A DNA stretch of 34,665 nucleotides, counting the filler, from Ferroacidibacillus organovorans (lineage in GTDB: Bacteria; Bacillota; Bacilli; Alicyclobacillales; SLC66): the NCBI RefSeq assembly GCF_001642725.1. It is 5 parts of 5 records of this genome, joined end to end, with 100 filler letters (N's around TTAATTAATTAA, not from the genome) between each part and the next. Parts side by side here need not be neighbours in the genome. Positions count along the whole stretch, not along the records: positions 7,355 to 14,534 come from NZ_LSUQ01000091.1; positions 14,635 to 21,703 come from NZ_LSUQ01000092.1; 3 more parts are not named here. One strand, written 5' to 3'. Below are positions 10,018 to 19,427 of the stretch, piece by piece (position 1 is the first letter of the stretch; each line of letters opens with the position of its first letter). A program made the position numbers and the translations under genes. The notes under the pieces were generated by a model. The model saw only the letters and a program-made list of their open reading frames with translations. It did no database searches and was not told the DNA's origin.

Positions 10018-10698
10018 ATGACGCACAGCCAGTATACGTTGAGTCGCGATGATTGGTCTCTTCACCGCAAAGGGCAACAAGATCAGGCGCGCCACCAACA
10101 AAAGGTGAAAGAGGCCATTCGCCACAATCTCGCCGATCTCATCAGTGAAGAAAGCATCATCATGACGGATGGCAAACAGATTATGAAAATACCGATCCGA
10201 TCGCTTGATGAGTATCACTTTCGCTTCAATTACGGAAAGAGCCAGCAGGCGGGGCAGGGGGACGGAGAATCGTCGATCGGTGATGTCATCGCGCGCGACA
10301 GTCAGCCTGCTCAAGGTGCGGGCAAGGGAGAAGGCGCGGGCGACCAACCGGGGGTTGACTATTACGAGGCGGAAGTCTCCGTGGATGAGATTCAACAGAT
10401 TCTCTTTTCTGAGCTTGAGCTTCCGTATCTTGAACAGAAGGCTCCTGAAGACGTCGTCGTGACAGATGTCGAGTTTCGCGATGTGAGAAAGAAGGGGCTG
10501 CAAGGCAATATCGACAAGAAGCGCACGCTGCTTGAGGCGATTCGAAGAAATGCGCGCGCCGGATTGCCCGCCATGCACCACATTTCGAAGGAGGATCTCC
10601 GGTACAAAACCTGGGAGGATGTCGAGCATCCGCACTCACAGGCCGTCGTTCTCGCGATGATGGATACGTCCGGATCCCTGCGTGTGGGCAAAGGATGA
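10018..10698 (+). pseudogene. yhbH: sporulation protein YhbH (YeaH/YhbH family), C-terminally truncated
   Basis: DWSLHRKGQQDQARHQQKVKEAI, IPIRSLDEY, GNIDKKRT. Stops 6 codons after MMDTSGS, so most of the vWA-like domain is missing. Confidence 0.8.
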
Positions 10699-10746
10699 AA
10701 CGTGAATGAACGGCGCGTGTGCGTGAGGATTTTTTTGTGATCCTTC

Positions 10747-10775
10747 TTGACGACGAAAAAAACGCAGGGTACACT
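10747..10775 (+). promoter_or_regulatory. sigma-A promoter of the cys operon
   Basis: TTGACG-17 bp-TACACT. Confidence 0.7.
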
Positions 10776-10783
10776 ATACGCAA

Positions 10784-10807
10784 ATAACATACTAAAACAA
10801 TCGGAAT
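10784..10807 (+). promoter_or_regulatory. CymR-type operator
   Basis: ATAACATACTAAAACAATCGGAAT fits the CymR consensus as I recall it (AAWNCN2ANTWNAN3ATMGGWWT) at all but one position; just downstream of the promoter. Confidence 0.65.
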
Positions 10808-11516
10808 GGTGGTTTTTGAATTGTCGATCCTTCTTGACCGTTCTTACGATGTCGCAATGTGGGCCAAAGCGTTTGAAGAGAGGGCGCCCGAAGAGATCCT
10901 TCGCCACGCGGTAAAGGAGATTGACAATTTGACGTTCGCCTGCAGTTTTGGCGCGGAAGATCAAGTGATTTTGCACATGGTCACGAAGATCAAGCCGAGT
11001 CTGCCAATCTTCTATTTAGATACGGACGTTCTCTTTGACGAGACGTACGCGTTGATCGAAGAGACGAAGCGGCGCTTTTCACCAAACTTGATTCGCGTCA
11101 GTCCAGAGTTTACGCTTGAGCAGCAAGCGCAGTCACATGGTGAGGCACTCTGGAAATCCCGTCCCGATCTCTGTTGTGACATTCGCAAGGTCAAGCCGCT
11201 TGCCGATCATCTGAAAGGATACGCCGGATGGATTACAGGCATTCGCCGCGACCAGGCGCCGACGCGCGCCGATGCGCAAGTGTTTGAAGTGGATGAGAAG
11301 TTTGGGCTTTTAAAGGTAAATCCACTCGCGCTCTGGACACACAAGCAGGTGTGGCAGTATCTTGTACAAAACGATGTCCCTTACAATCCAATGCATGATC
11401 GCGGTTTTCCGTCGATTGGCTGCTCTCACTGCACGAAAGCGGTAGCGCCTGGTGCCGATCCGCGCAGTGGTCGTTGGAGTGAGTTTGAGAAGACGGAGTG
11501 CGGTCTGCATCAATAA
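10806..11516 (+). CDS. cysH: APS/PAPS reductase (Fe-S type); start may be TTG 10821
   Basis: SFGAED, LDT, CCDIRKV.PL, WITGIRRDQ, SIGCSHCT, ECGLH. Confidence 0.95.
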   Translation: MVVFELSILLDRSYDVAMWAKAFEERAPEEILRHAVKEIDNLTFACSFGAEDQVILHMVTKIKPSLPIFYLDTDVLFDETYALIEETKRRFSPNLIRVSPEFTLEQQAQSHGEALWKSRPDLCCDIRKVKPLADHLKGYAGWITGIRRDQAPTRADAQVFEVDEKFGLLKVNPLALWTHKQVWQYLVQNDVPYNPMHDRGFPSIGCSHCTKAVAPGADPRSGRWSEFEKTECGLHQ

Positions 11517-11540
11517 GATAGAGAATGGAGTTTTCGTCAA

Positions 11541-12677
11541 ATGATCGTCAATCGCATAGTAGAAGAAGCAAAGCGCAGCACCCTTTTACGAGAAGCAGAA
11601 TCAATGGTAAAGATCCCGCTGACAACATGGTCGCTCTCTGACCTTGAACTGATTGGGATTGGCGCGTTTTCACCGCTCACAGGGTTTTCGAATAAGGCGG
11701 ATTATGAGCATGTCCTCGACCACATGCACCTGACATCAGGCGCGGTGTGGACGATTCCCGTCACTCTCCCCGTGTCAGAAACATTGGCGGGATCACTCAA
11801 GACTGGAGAGCGCGCGGCGCTTACCGATGAAAACGGCGTGATCTATGGGATTCTTACGATAGGCGACGTCTATCGCTATGACAAGGAGCGCGAGGCGCAA
11901 GCAGTCTATCGCACGACCGATGAGGCGCATCCCGGCGTGAATAAACTCTATGCGCGCGAACCGTTTTACGTCGGGGGTGATATCGAGTTGCTCCGTCGCT
12001 TTGAGCCGACGGAATTCGCATCCTTTTATGTCGATCCGACAAAGACGCGGGAGATCTTTAAAGAGCGTGGATGGAAAACAGTTGTTGGCTTTCAAACCCG
12101 CAACCCGGTTCATCGCGCACATGAGTATATCCAAAAGTGTGCGCTTGAGATCGTCGATGGCCTGTTTTTGAATCCACTCGTCGGCGAGACAAAGGCGGAT
12201 GATATTCCGGCGGATGTGCGCATGAGAAGCTATCAAGTGCTGCTTGACAACTACTATCCGAAAGATCGCGTCTTTTTCGCCGCATACCCGGCTGCGATGC
12301 GCTATGCAGGTCCGCGCGAAGCGGTGTTTCACGCGCTGGTCCGCAGAAACTACGGATGCACCCATTTTGTCGTGGGACGCGATCACGCGGGCGTGGGGAG
12401 TTACTATGGAACGTATGATGCGCAGCATATCTTTTCTTCGTTCACAGTGGAGGAGTTAGGCATCCAACCACTCTTTTTTGAAAATAGCTTCTATTGCGAG
12501 CGCTGCGACGGTATGGCGTCTGACAAGACGTGCCCGCACGACGCAGAGCACCGCTATATCCTGTCCGGCACGAAGGTGCGCGCGATTCTCCGAAGTGGAG
12601 AGCGCCCATCCCCTAAATTCACACGTCCCGAGGTGGCGGATGTCCTCGTGGCGGGACTCGCGGAGGTAACTACATGA
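11541..12677 (+). CDS. sat: sulfate adenylyltransferase
   Basis: [35 protein letters not shown]. Confidence 0.97.
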   Translation: MIVNRIVEEAKRSTLLREAESMVKIPLTTWSLSDLELIGIGAFSPLTGFSNKADYEHVLDHMHLTSGAVWTIPVTLPVSETLAGSLKTGERAALTDENGVIYGILTIGDVYRYDKEREAQAVYRTTDEAHPGVNKLYAREPFYVGGDIELLRRFEPTEFASFYVDPTKTREIFKERGWKTVVGFQTRNPVHRAHEYIQKCALEIVDGLFLNPLVGETKADDIPADVRMRSYQVLLDNYYPKDRVFFAAYPAAMRYAGPREAVFHALVRRNYGCTHFVVGRDHAGVGSYYGTYDAQHIFSSFTVEELGIQPLFFENSFYCERCDGMASDKTCPHDAEHRYILSGTKVRAILRSGERPSPKFTRPEVADVLVAGLAEVTT

Positions 12678-14383
12678 GTGTAGACCGGGAAACGGCTGTT
12701 TCGCATGTTGAGGTGATCAAGCGTGAAGGCAATCAATTGCGCGGGGAGATCGCCGAGGAATTGATCAACGAGACGTCGTTCTTCACGGAAGAAAGCATCC
12801 AGCAACTCAAATTTCACGGGGTGTATCAACAAGACGACCGTGATTTGCGCAAGCAACTGAAAAAAGAGGGTCGTGAAAAGCACTACCAGATGATGATCCG
12901 CGCCCGCATTCCAGGCGGCGTATTACCGGCTGCTGCGTATTTGCAGTTTGACAGACTGGCTGAAGAGTACGGGAACAAGACCATGCGCATCACGACGCGA
13001 CAGACGTTTCAACTGCACGGCGTGTTGAAGGGCGATCTGAAAAAGACGATTGCCGGCATCAATGAGGTTTTGATCACGACGCTTGGCGGCTGTGGCGATC
13101 AGGTGCGCAACATTCTCATGTGTCCCGCGCCTCACCGCAGTCCGTTTCATCAAGCGCTGCGGCGAGACCTGTTGGCGCTGGTCGACGAACTGTCAGCGAA
13201 AACGAACGCGTATCACGAGATTTGGCTGGACGGAGAAAAGTGGCAACCGGACGATCGCGCAGCGGAAGAGCCGCTCTACGGAAAGACGTACTTGCCGCGC
13301 AAATTTAAGCTGGCGCTCGCGGTTGAGGGCGACAATTGCGTCGATGTCTACGCGAATGACCTCGGGATCGTGGCGCATCGCGACGGGGAAACGGTTGCCG
13401 GCTACTCCCTCCTGGTCGGCGGCGGAATGGGGCGCACGGCGGCGATTGCCGACACGTTTCCGCGAATGGCTGATCCACTCACCTTTGTCACGCCAGATCA
13501 GCTGATTGAGACATGTCGCGAGATCGTAAAGATTCAACGTGATTTTGGCAATCGCGCAGACCGCCGCTATTCGCGCTTCAAGTACCTGCTGCACGAGCGC
13601 GGCCTGGCGTGGTTTCGCGACGAACTGAGCGCGCGGCTCGGCCGTCCGCTGGTCGCGCCGCGGGAACTCACGTGGGAGCAGACGAGTGACCATCTGGGCT
13701 TTTACCCGGAAGAAAACGGTCGCTTTGCGCTCGGAATTTACGTGCAGAATGGGCGGATTCACGATACGGATCGGATGAAATTGCGCACGGTGCTTCGCGA
13801 GATTATGGAGACGTATGCGCCAGAGGTTCATCTGACGTGCGACCAAAACCTGATTCTCTCTGGGCTTACAGAAGAGCAAGGTGAGGCGATCAAAGCGCTG
13901 CTCTTAGATGCTGGTGTCCCGCTCGCTGAACAATTGAGCAACGTCGTGCGCTACGCGATGGCTTGCCCTGCGCTGCCCACCTGCGGTTTGGCGACGGCCG
14001 AGTCGGAGCGGATGCTGCCGGATGTGCTTAAGGAGATCGATCAACTGCTTGCCCAGCTTGGACTGCAAAACGAAGTGATGAGCGTTCGCATGACGGGATG
14101 TTCTAACGGATGCGCACGCCCCTATATTGGGGACATCGGGTTTGTGGGGCGCACCATCGGCAAATATGACCTCTTTTTGGGCGGGGATTTCAACGGTGCG
14201 CGGATGAACGCGCTCTACCAGGAACTGCTGCCGATCACGCAGGCGGTCGACACGTTGCGGCCACTTTTGCTCCACTATAAAGCCGGGCGCAAACCGGCGG
14301 AGCGCTTTGGCGACTATTGTCATCGGGTTGGATTCGAGGCGCTGCGCGCAGGCACTTTGGCGGAGGCAAAAGACGCGCAATGA
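12674..14383 (+). CDS. cysI: assimilatory sulfite reductase hemoprotein (Sir/CysI)
   Basis: [56 protein letters not shown] overlap with sat. Confidence 0.93.
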   Translation: MSVDRETAVSHVEVIKREGNQLRGEIAEELINETSFFTEESIQQLKFHGVYQQDDRDLRKQLKKEGREKHYQMMIRARIPGGVLPAAAYLQFDRLAEEYGNKTMRITTRQTFQLHGVLKGDLKKTIAGINEVLITTLGGCGDQVRNILMCPAPHRSPFHQALRRDLLALVDELSAKTNAYHEIWLDGEKWQPDDRAAEEPLYGKTYLPRKFKLALAVEGDNCVDVYANDLGIVAHRDGETVAGYSLLVGGGMGRTAAIADTFPRMADPLTFVTPDQLIETCREIVKIQRDFGNRADRRYSRFKYLLHERGLAWFRDELSARLGRPLVAPRELTWEQTSDHLGFYPEENGRFALGIYVQNGRIHDTDRMKLRTVLREIMETYAPEVHLTCDQNLILSGLTEEQGEAIKALLLDAGVPLAEQLSNVVRYAMACPALPTCGLATAESERMLPDVLKEIDQLLAQLGLQNEVMSVRMTGCSNGCARPYIGDIGFVGRTIGKYDLFLGGDFNGARMNALYQELLPITQAVDTLRPLLLHYKAGRKPAERFGDYCHRVGFEALRAGTLAEAKDAQ

Positions 14384-14534
14384 AGGCGCTTTTGCTTGTC
14401 GGACACGGTACGCGCGATGATGTGGGAAATGATGAATTTGTGACGCTTACCGAGCGCGTCACAGCGCGCCTTGACACACGCGGTGGTGAGCTGCGTGTGT
14501 CTCGCTGTTTTTTAGAACTGCGTGCGCCGTGGAT
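14380..14534 (+). CDS. sirB: sirohydrochlorin chelatase SirB/CbiX (partial)
   Basis: [13 protein letters not shown]...CFLELRAP; ATGA overlap with the sulfite reductase gene. Confidence 0.8.
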
Positions 14535-14634
14535 NNNNNNNNNNNNNNNNNNNNNNNNNNNNNNNNNNNNNNNNNNNNTTAATTAATTAANNNNNNNNNN
14601 NNNNNNNNNNNNNNNNNNNNNNNNNNNNNNNNNN
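14535..14634. other. artificial contig spacer
   Basis: N44-TTAATTAATTAA-N44. Confidence 0.99.
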
Positions 14635-14704
14635 CACCAAGATAAGTTGACATAACTCAATCTCTACCGAGGGGCGAATTTACACCACATCTCGGACTTG
14701 ATCC
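14635..14704 (+). mobile_element. IS256-family element end (left copy)
   Basis: Exact reverse complement of 21634-21703. The terminus GGATCAAGTCCGAGATGTGGTGTAAAT resembles the IS256 IR (GATAAAGTCCGTATAATTGTGTAAAA, recalled). A possible transposase tail HQDKLT* reads inward. Confidence 0.75.
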
Positions 14705-14736
14705 GTTAATGCCCTTATGTGATACAGACATCTATG

Positions 14737-15618
14737 TTATGGAGTTCCACCTGCAACTTGAGCATCATCAAGAACTTTGAATAAAACAGAGGCAAAGCTC
14801 AGCCATTCAACGGTTTTCTGTGGGTCTGTTTGTTGTATCAACCGATGTGCTTTAGGATTTCTGATTCCCATTACGGCTCCCGAAAACATCCACATATACC
14901 CCATTTGTTCGTCAGAGTCGTCCGAAACAATGATTTTTGGTGATTTAGGTGAGAATACCTGCTGCATCAACGTAGATCCATCTAAGTCATATCGACCCGA
15001 TTTGGCTTTTACTTGTTCCACCAGGGCAATGTAGGTGTCAAGAATTGCTTGTCTATAGTGCCCGTCCTGAAATAATTTCCCGGCCACTTCTTTTACACGA
15101 GAGTGTAAACCATTAAGCGTATCATCATTGGTTGTCCCCAAAGGTTCAGAGATCCTTAAGTTGTGGATTTTATCCAGAGCTTGCGTACGTATTGCGCCTA
15201 AAATGCCTGATACCGCAGTTACGGGAAAACGAAAACAATGAGGACGTACGCTGAATTTCTCTGCAATAAGTTCAAATCGCTTAAAATCCTGGATTTCTAA
15301 AAGTCCGTCTTTCTCAGAGTATGCTTGTAACTCTGGTAGCGAATCACGAATAGGATATTCCAAGAGAAATGCTAGTCGTGAATCTGCTACACCGATTGGA
15401 CGATTATACGCATCATAGTATTGACCAATTACCGTGCGGTAGGCAGGGACTTTATCAGTCTCACGCAGTTCCGAATTCTCTTTTGTATATCCACCCAATT
15501 CAAGCTTTGTCCAATGTATTGCCTCTTCGTCACTGCATTGAATGGCAACCTCGAGAAGATAGTACAAGAGTTCATCGATGGTTTTTTGAGACAATGTTGC
15601 TAGGTTATTCGATGACAC
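14737..15618 (-). CDS. AbiTii-domain + TIGR02391/Ymh HEPN protein
   Basis: N-terminal W..LELGGY...VPAYR (AbiTii-like); C-terminal GHYRQAILD, DGSTLMQQVFSP, GIRNPKAH (RxxxxH); GGAGG RBS before GTG. Confidence 0.8.
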   Translation of the reverse strand: MSSNNLATLSQKTIDELLYYLLEVAIQCSDEEAIHWTKLELGGYTKENSELRETDKVPAYRTVIGQYYDAYNRPIGVADSRLAFLLEYPIRDSLPELQAYSEKDGLLEIQDFKRFELIAEKFSVRPHCFRFPVTAVSGILGAIRTQALDKIHNLRISEPLGTTNDDTLNGLHSRVKEVAGKLFQDGHYRQAILDTYIALVEQVKAKSGRYDLDGSTLMQQVFSPKSPKIIVSDDSDEQMGYMWMFSGAVMGIRNPKAHRLIQQTDPQKTVEWLSFASVLFKVLDDAQVAGGTP

Positions 15619-15969
15619 TGATCACACCTCCGATACTCGATATTTTGTAATGCCCGCTACTTCCAGTTATAGTTTGCAAGAATCGTCGAAATCCCCCACA
15701 TCCACCTTATATGACCATATCGGTTGAATTGGGACCGCTTGTGGACATTTGCCTAGCCTCCATGTCTTGCACTTACACGTAGGTGTTAGAAAAAGTCGTT
15801 CGGCGGAAACAAGTTCCGTACTGCAGAGAATTAGACTGCCTCGTGGCTGGTTAAATGCAATCGGGATACACCCTAAGTGCACTCAAACCTCCACTGCGTG
15901 AGCGCAGAATGTCGTTCCCACAACAGACAGTTACGGTGTTCGCAAGGGTCTTATTAAATGACTTGACAA

Positions 15970-16809
15970 TCATAGAGTAATCCCGGCTCGTGAAACTTTT
16001 GGCAGCAAATAGTTGATGAACGCAGAGCAGGCCACCAACATAAACTTCGCATCTTCAGATTCAATAGTTGGCGCCTCTGTGAGAGAATGTCGGATACCGT
16101 CCGCATCGCTGGTGTATCCGTACAGTTTTGAAAAGGCTTCCTTTAGAGCGGGATGTAGATTGACCATGGATGCCTTTTCAATTCTATTTAGTGCCTGTCC
16201 TAGTGTGGCTTTGGGATTTCCGTCGATTAAAACGCATATAGCTTCAATGGCACTTATCGATTCCTTAATCGAGTTCCGCCAATCTGGCATTTTTCGATCT
16301 GATAGTAATTCGAGCGCACGACGTACATGATTGTTCACCCCGGCTAAATTCGTAGTGTCCCTTAGAGCAAGATCAATTGCCTGTAGTTCCTCGTCACTGG
16401 TAATGTCAACGATGCAGTTGTTCACAAGTCGATAGCCTGACATTTCTTTTGCGAGTGCATTGTTACAACTCTCAATGAAGGGTTCAATATTGAGCCGAGC
16501 CATGAATTCGATGAAATCGTATGCTGCATACCACTGACACTCATAGAAATACTTGCGCAGATACCCGTATATAACTCGACATCTTGAATCAATGAGATCG
16601 GTTGAAAGCTTAAAGTAATCTGTCCAGATCCACTGTACAAGAATATAGTTATCCTCGTTTCGGTAGAGAAATTCTCTCGAACGTAACTCGGTGTCCCAAA
16701 AATAGCTACATAAGCAATTCCACAGCGCATTTCGCAAAGCATCGTCCATCGACTCAAGCTGTATTTTATCTTTAGTTGGCGTAAATCCCTTACGTTGAGA
16801 AAATCGCAC
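15970..16809 (-). CDS. AbiJ-NTD4 domain protein with C-terminal HEPN-like region
   Basis: MRFSQRKG..IQLESMDDALRNALWN, WY..YDFIE, PDWRNSIKESISAIE, LYGYTSDADGIRH, DAKFMLVACSAFINYL; GGGAG RBS. Confidence 0.8.
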   Translation of the reverse strand: MRFSQRKGFTPTKDKIQLESMDDALRNALWNCLCSYFWDTELRSREFLYRNEDNYILVQWIWTDYFKLSTDLIDSRCRVIYGYLRKYFYECQWYAAYDFIEFMARLNIEPFIESCNNALAKEMSGYRLVNNCIVDITSDEELQAIDLALRDTTNLAGVNNHVRRALELLSDRKMPDWRNSIKESISAIEAICVLIDGNPKATLGQALNRIEKASMVNLHPALKEAFSKLYGYTSDADGIRHSLTEAPTIESEDAKFMLVACSAFINYLLPKVSRAGITL

Positions 16810-17013
16810 CAAGAACCCACTCCCGATTGATACTTCAATAGTGGAAAAACGCCATATTATAACAACGGCAGGTGTATCATACGTACGTCCTGACGGCATC
16901 GCCGTTTGATCATTTGTCACATATGGCGTTTGAGGGATTTCTGCTGCCAATCGATATGGGGTTTTTCTACAGTCTTCTAGGACACTTCAACCACGCACAT
17001 TCATTTTCATGCC

Positions 17014-17258
17014 CATATTATACCACGTGTCGAATCAGTGCTATTTAGATAATTCTTCTTTCTGTAAAAATACGGACCAGGATGCAGGCCCATATCACAT
17101 CTTGCTATACAAGTGCAAGTCGCTGGTGGAGGTGACGCTCCTCGGTCCGAAATCCTTAAATACACGATTCAGGTTTGAAACAAGATAATTGAGGAGGTCT
17201 CGGTCTGTGAAGCCTTTGGACACGAGTATGTTGGATCTTGAACGATCAATCAAGCGTG
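17014..17258. repeat. copy 1 of diverged module: minus-strand extended -10, conserved 91-nt element (17066-17156), RBS and ORF start
   Basis: The 91-nt core aligns without gaps to 20649-20739 at 75/91 identities (counted by hand). Confidence 0.85.
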
Positions 17259-17488
17259 CGGTGTTGGCCGCTCATAAACAGTCCACATCAGGAACATGGG
17301 CAAACGTACGCCAACGTCTGGAAAGTCCCACTACATTGTCCGTGTATTGCGATGGCAGCGTCATCGCAGGTCAATTTCATTTGGGTGTACTTCTTGAGCC
17401 ATTTAAGCCATTCGGCATCGCTGGTGTAAAAAATATCTGCCTGAGTGTCCGAAGATTCTCGGCCTGTCGCATGCAAATTGAAAATTAG
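17207..17488 (+). pseudogene. ORF stub MKPLDTSMLDLERSIKRAV..., paralogous to 20777-20872
   Basis: GAGGAGG RBS before GTG; only the first 20-30 codons look genuine, the rest runs antisense through a DUF1040-like gene. Confidence 0.4.
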
Positions 17489-17572
17489 CTGATCGAGCCT
17501 CAATTCAGGATTTTATCGCCAGTATGCATCAAGCGCTCGTACAATTTTGTCGACACGTGAAGCGTCACTCAT
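17288..17572 (-). pseudogene. DUF1040/YihD-like small gene with premature stop
   Basis: MSDASRVDKIVRALDAYWR*NPELRLDQLIFN...DIFYTSD; TAA at 17513-17515; GGGAGG RBS. Confidence 0.6.
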
Positions 17573-17699
17573 TGTAGTGCCTCCCTTTCAATACACCAGC
17601 TCTTGTCAGCTTCTTTTGGGTGCTTTCCGCAGCCTGTAAATGCGAAAAATCGTAGCGTTCTTTGGAGGTGAAGCGTAATCCCTCACCATAAGCCTCAAC

Positions 17700-19349
17700 C
17701 TACTTCTGTTCTTGCAATATCCTGTTTTGCAAGTACATCAAGAAATTTGTTGCACATTCCAATATCCCCTCAAAAACCACTGCTAGAGGTTTCTCACCTA
17801 TGCTGAAGTAGGCTGCTCCTCTTGCATAGGAATCTCCCTTCCTGTGACCGGCTCCGTTTCGCAAGTCCTGAAGGGATCGGAGAAACTTAATGTGCGGTTC
17901 AGCATCATGACACCCTTGTTCCTGTAACCACAATGATAGCTTCGAGATTCCTTTTGTATCTCTGGGAACTGCGCCTTGAATCTGTTCCTTTATCTCCTCT
18001 TCATTTAGAGAGTCCACAAGAACCTTTGTAAGTGACATTGACTGTTGATCAAATTCAGATTGGTCGTCAGAAACCGGTATTCTTAAAGTTTTGAAATTGT
18101 GTTGGTCCTCCTCAGACAGTGGTCTGAACAGCACCCACCCAAATTTCCCCTGCCATCTCTCTTGCAAGATGTTGAATTGATACTTGAAAACAAGGTCTGC
18201 CTTTTCGGGGTCTGTGAACTCGTCCAGAAGGCTGCGTTTCCAGTTTACATCGCTGATTTTACCATCAGGTGGTATATTGTAACTCTTCCAGTACACTCGT
18301 TCTGCGGCAGGCAAATCTCGCCCAAGATCCCCCAAATACACAATGACATGAGTTTGATGATTATTGTCCAGCCGAAGTCCCCATAGTCCGCCGCATCTGA
18401 GATAACCGTCGTCTACAGAGTAAATGTCAGGTTTAGAGTAATACTTTGTAAGAACATCTCGCCTAAAGAACACAGGGGTCAAATAATTGGGCGCATCGGG
18501 ATTCGCCCCAAAGTAATTTGCCAATTCGTCCGGATCACACGTGTAAGATTGCGGATCACCATTTTCGTCCACATCGATTATAAAATTCTCAAATTCATCT
18601 TCATCCTCGTATGGCCAAATCCCACTCTTCTCCTTAGCCATCCCCGATATCAGCTTTTTCCCTTCTATCCTCGAAAACATAGGTTTGTCATCGGAAATGG
18701 AAAACTTCTGTTCCCCGACAAAATAGAAGTAGAGAATATTTCCCTCCCTCACAGTCCTACGCTCCTCCGTCAGGCCAAGTTCCGATAGTGTCCTATCGGA
18801 ATGGCGGTCGATGGAAAAAAATATCGCAAGGTGCATATCCTTTATAGACAGAAATTGTTTCAACGGCTTTAGCTTGATTCGTACTCGGTCATCTTCAACT
18901 AGAATTACATCCTCCTCGGTGCCGCTCTCACTGATTTGGATGAACTTGCTATTTGCCTTATCGTAATAGAGGTTATGAAACAATCGAAACTCCTCTGAGA
19001 CTTCTACGTAGTCTTTCCTCATACCATAGAAATCCCGACAGTGAATCAGAGGTTCAACCCCGTTATCATGACCAAATCGGTGATACTTCACCGTATCTGT
19101 TCCATCCAAGTCGTGATACTGCGTACATCCCGGTCTTCCTCTGTCAAAATGTAAGTCCCACGACTCGTTGTTTAGTGAATCCTCCACCATCAAGTTCGGA
19201 ATCAGAGCGCAGAAGAAGTAAGTTGCTCCCCACTCCCCTCTGTTGCTCGAATAGACCGTAATCCATTGTTCCTGCCCCGCCTTATTATGGATGTAATCAA
19301 TCCAATCTCGAAGCAGGATATCTCCCGGCTTGTCATTCTGCGCAAACAT
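17700..19349 (-). CDS. uncharacterised ~549 aa protein with C-terminal HEPN-like motif
   Basis: Long ORF; GAGGGG RBS before ATG 19349; YLTPVFF, VYLGDLGRDLP, C-terminal LQDLRNGAGHRKG (RxxxxH). Confidence 0.75.
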   Translation of the reverse strand: MFAQNDKPGDILLRDWIDYIHNKAGQEQWITVYSSNRGEWGATYFFCALIPNLMVEDSLNNESWDLHFDRGRPGCTQYHDLDGTDTVKYHRFGHDNGVEPLIHCRDFYGMRKDYVEVSEEFRLFHNLYYDKANSKFIQISESGTEEDVILVEDDRVRIKLKPLKQFLSIKDMHLAIFFSIDRHSDRTLSELGLTEERRTVREGNILYFYFVGEQKFSISDDKPMFSRIEGKKLISGMAKEKSGIWPYEDEDEFENFIIDVDENGDPQSYTCDPDELANYFGANPDAPNYLTPVFFRRDVLTKYYSKPDIYSVDDGYLRCGGLWGLRLDNNHQTHVIVYLGDLGRDLPAAERVYWKSYNIPPDGKISDVNWKRSLLDEFTDPEKADLVFKYQFNILQERWQGKFGWVLFRPLSEEDQHNFKTLRIPVSDDQSEFDQQSMSLTKVLVDSLNEEEIKEQIQGAVPRDTKGISKLSLWLQEQGCHDAEPHIKFLRSLQDLRNGAGHRKGDSYARGAAYFSIGEKPLAVVFEGILECATNFLMYLQNRILQEQK

Positions 19350-19427
19350 AGTCGTCACCCCCTCTTGTATAGGCATAAAATCTTTGTTCAACGTTCCAAT
19401 TGGAATACTCCAAGCCGATTTAACGGA

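Noticed and set aside
7550..14380. Long antisense or alternate-frame ORFs (e.g. 7550-8326, 9907-10635, 11793-12428, 13193-13879)
   Set aside because: Shadows of well-supported genes in GC-rich DNA, with no motifs or RBS
15667..15882. 71-aa minus-strand ORF with GGAGG RBS
   Set aside because: No recognisable motif; may be a decayed remnant and cannot be supported
16810..16950. N-terminal extension of the AbiJ-NTD4 ORF given in the ORF track
   Set aside because: The family-like start MRFSQR and an RBS lie at 16809; the extension contains a TGTTATAAT promoter-like element
17066..17156. Known ribozyme or riboswitch (hammerhead, c-di-GMP, SRP)
   Set aside because: Core motifs such as CUGANGA or GGCAAAC..GACGCAAAG are not present; the second hairpin does not pair in the same register in both copies
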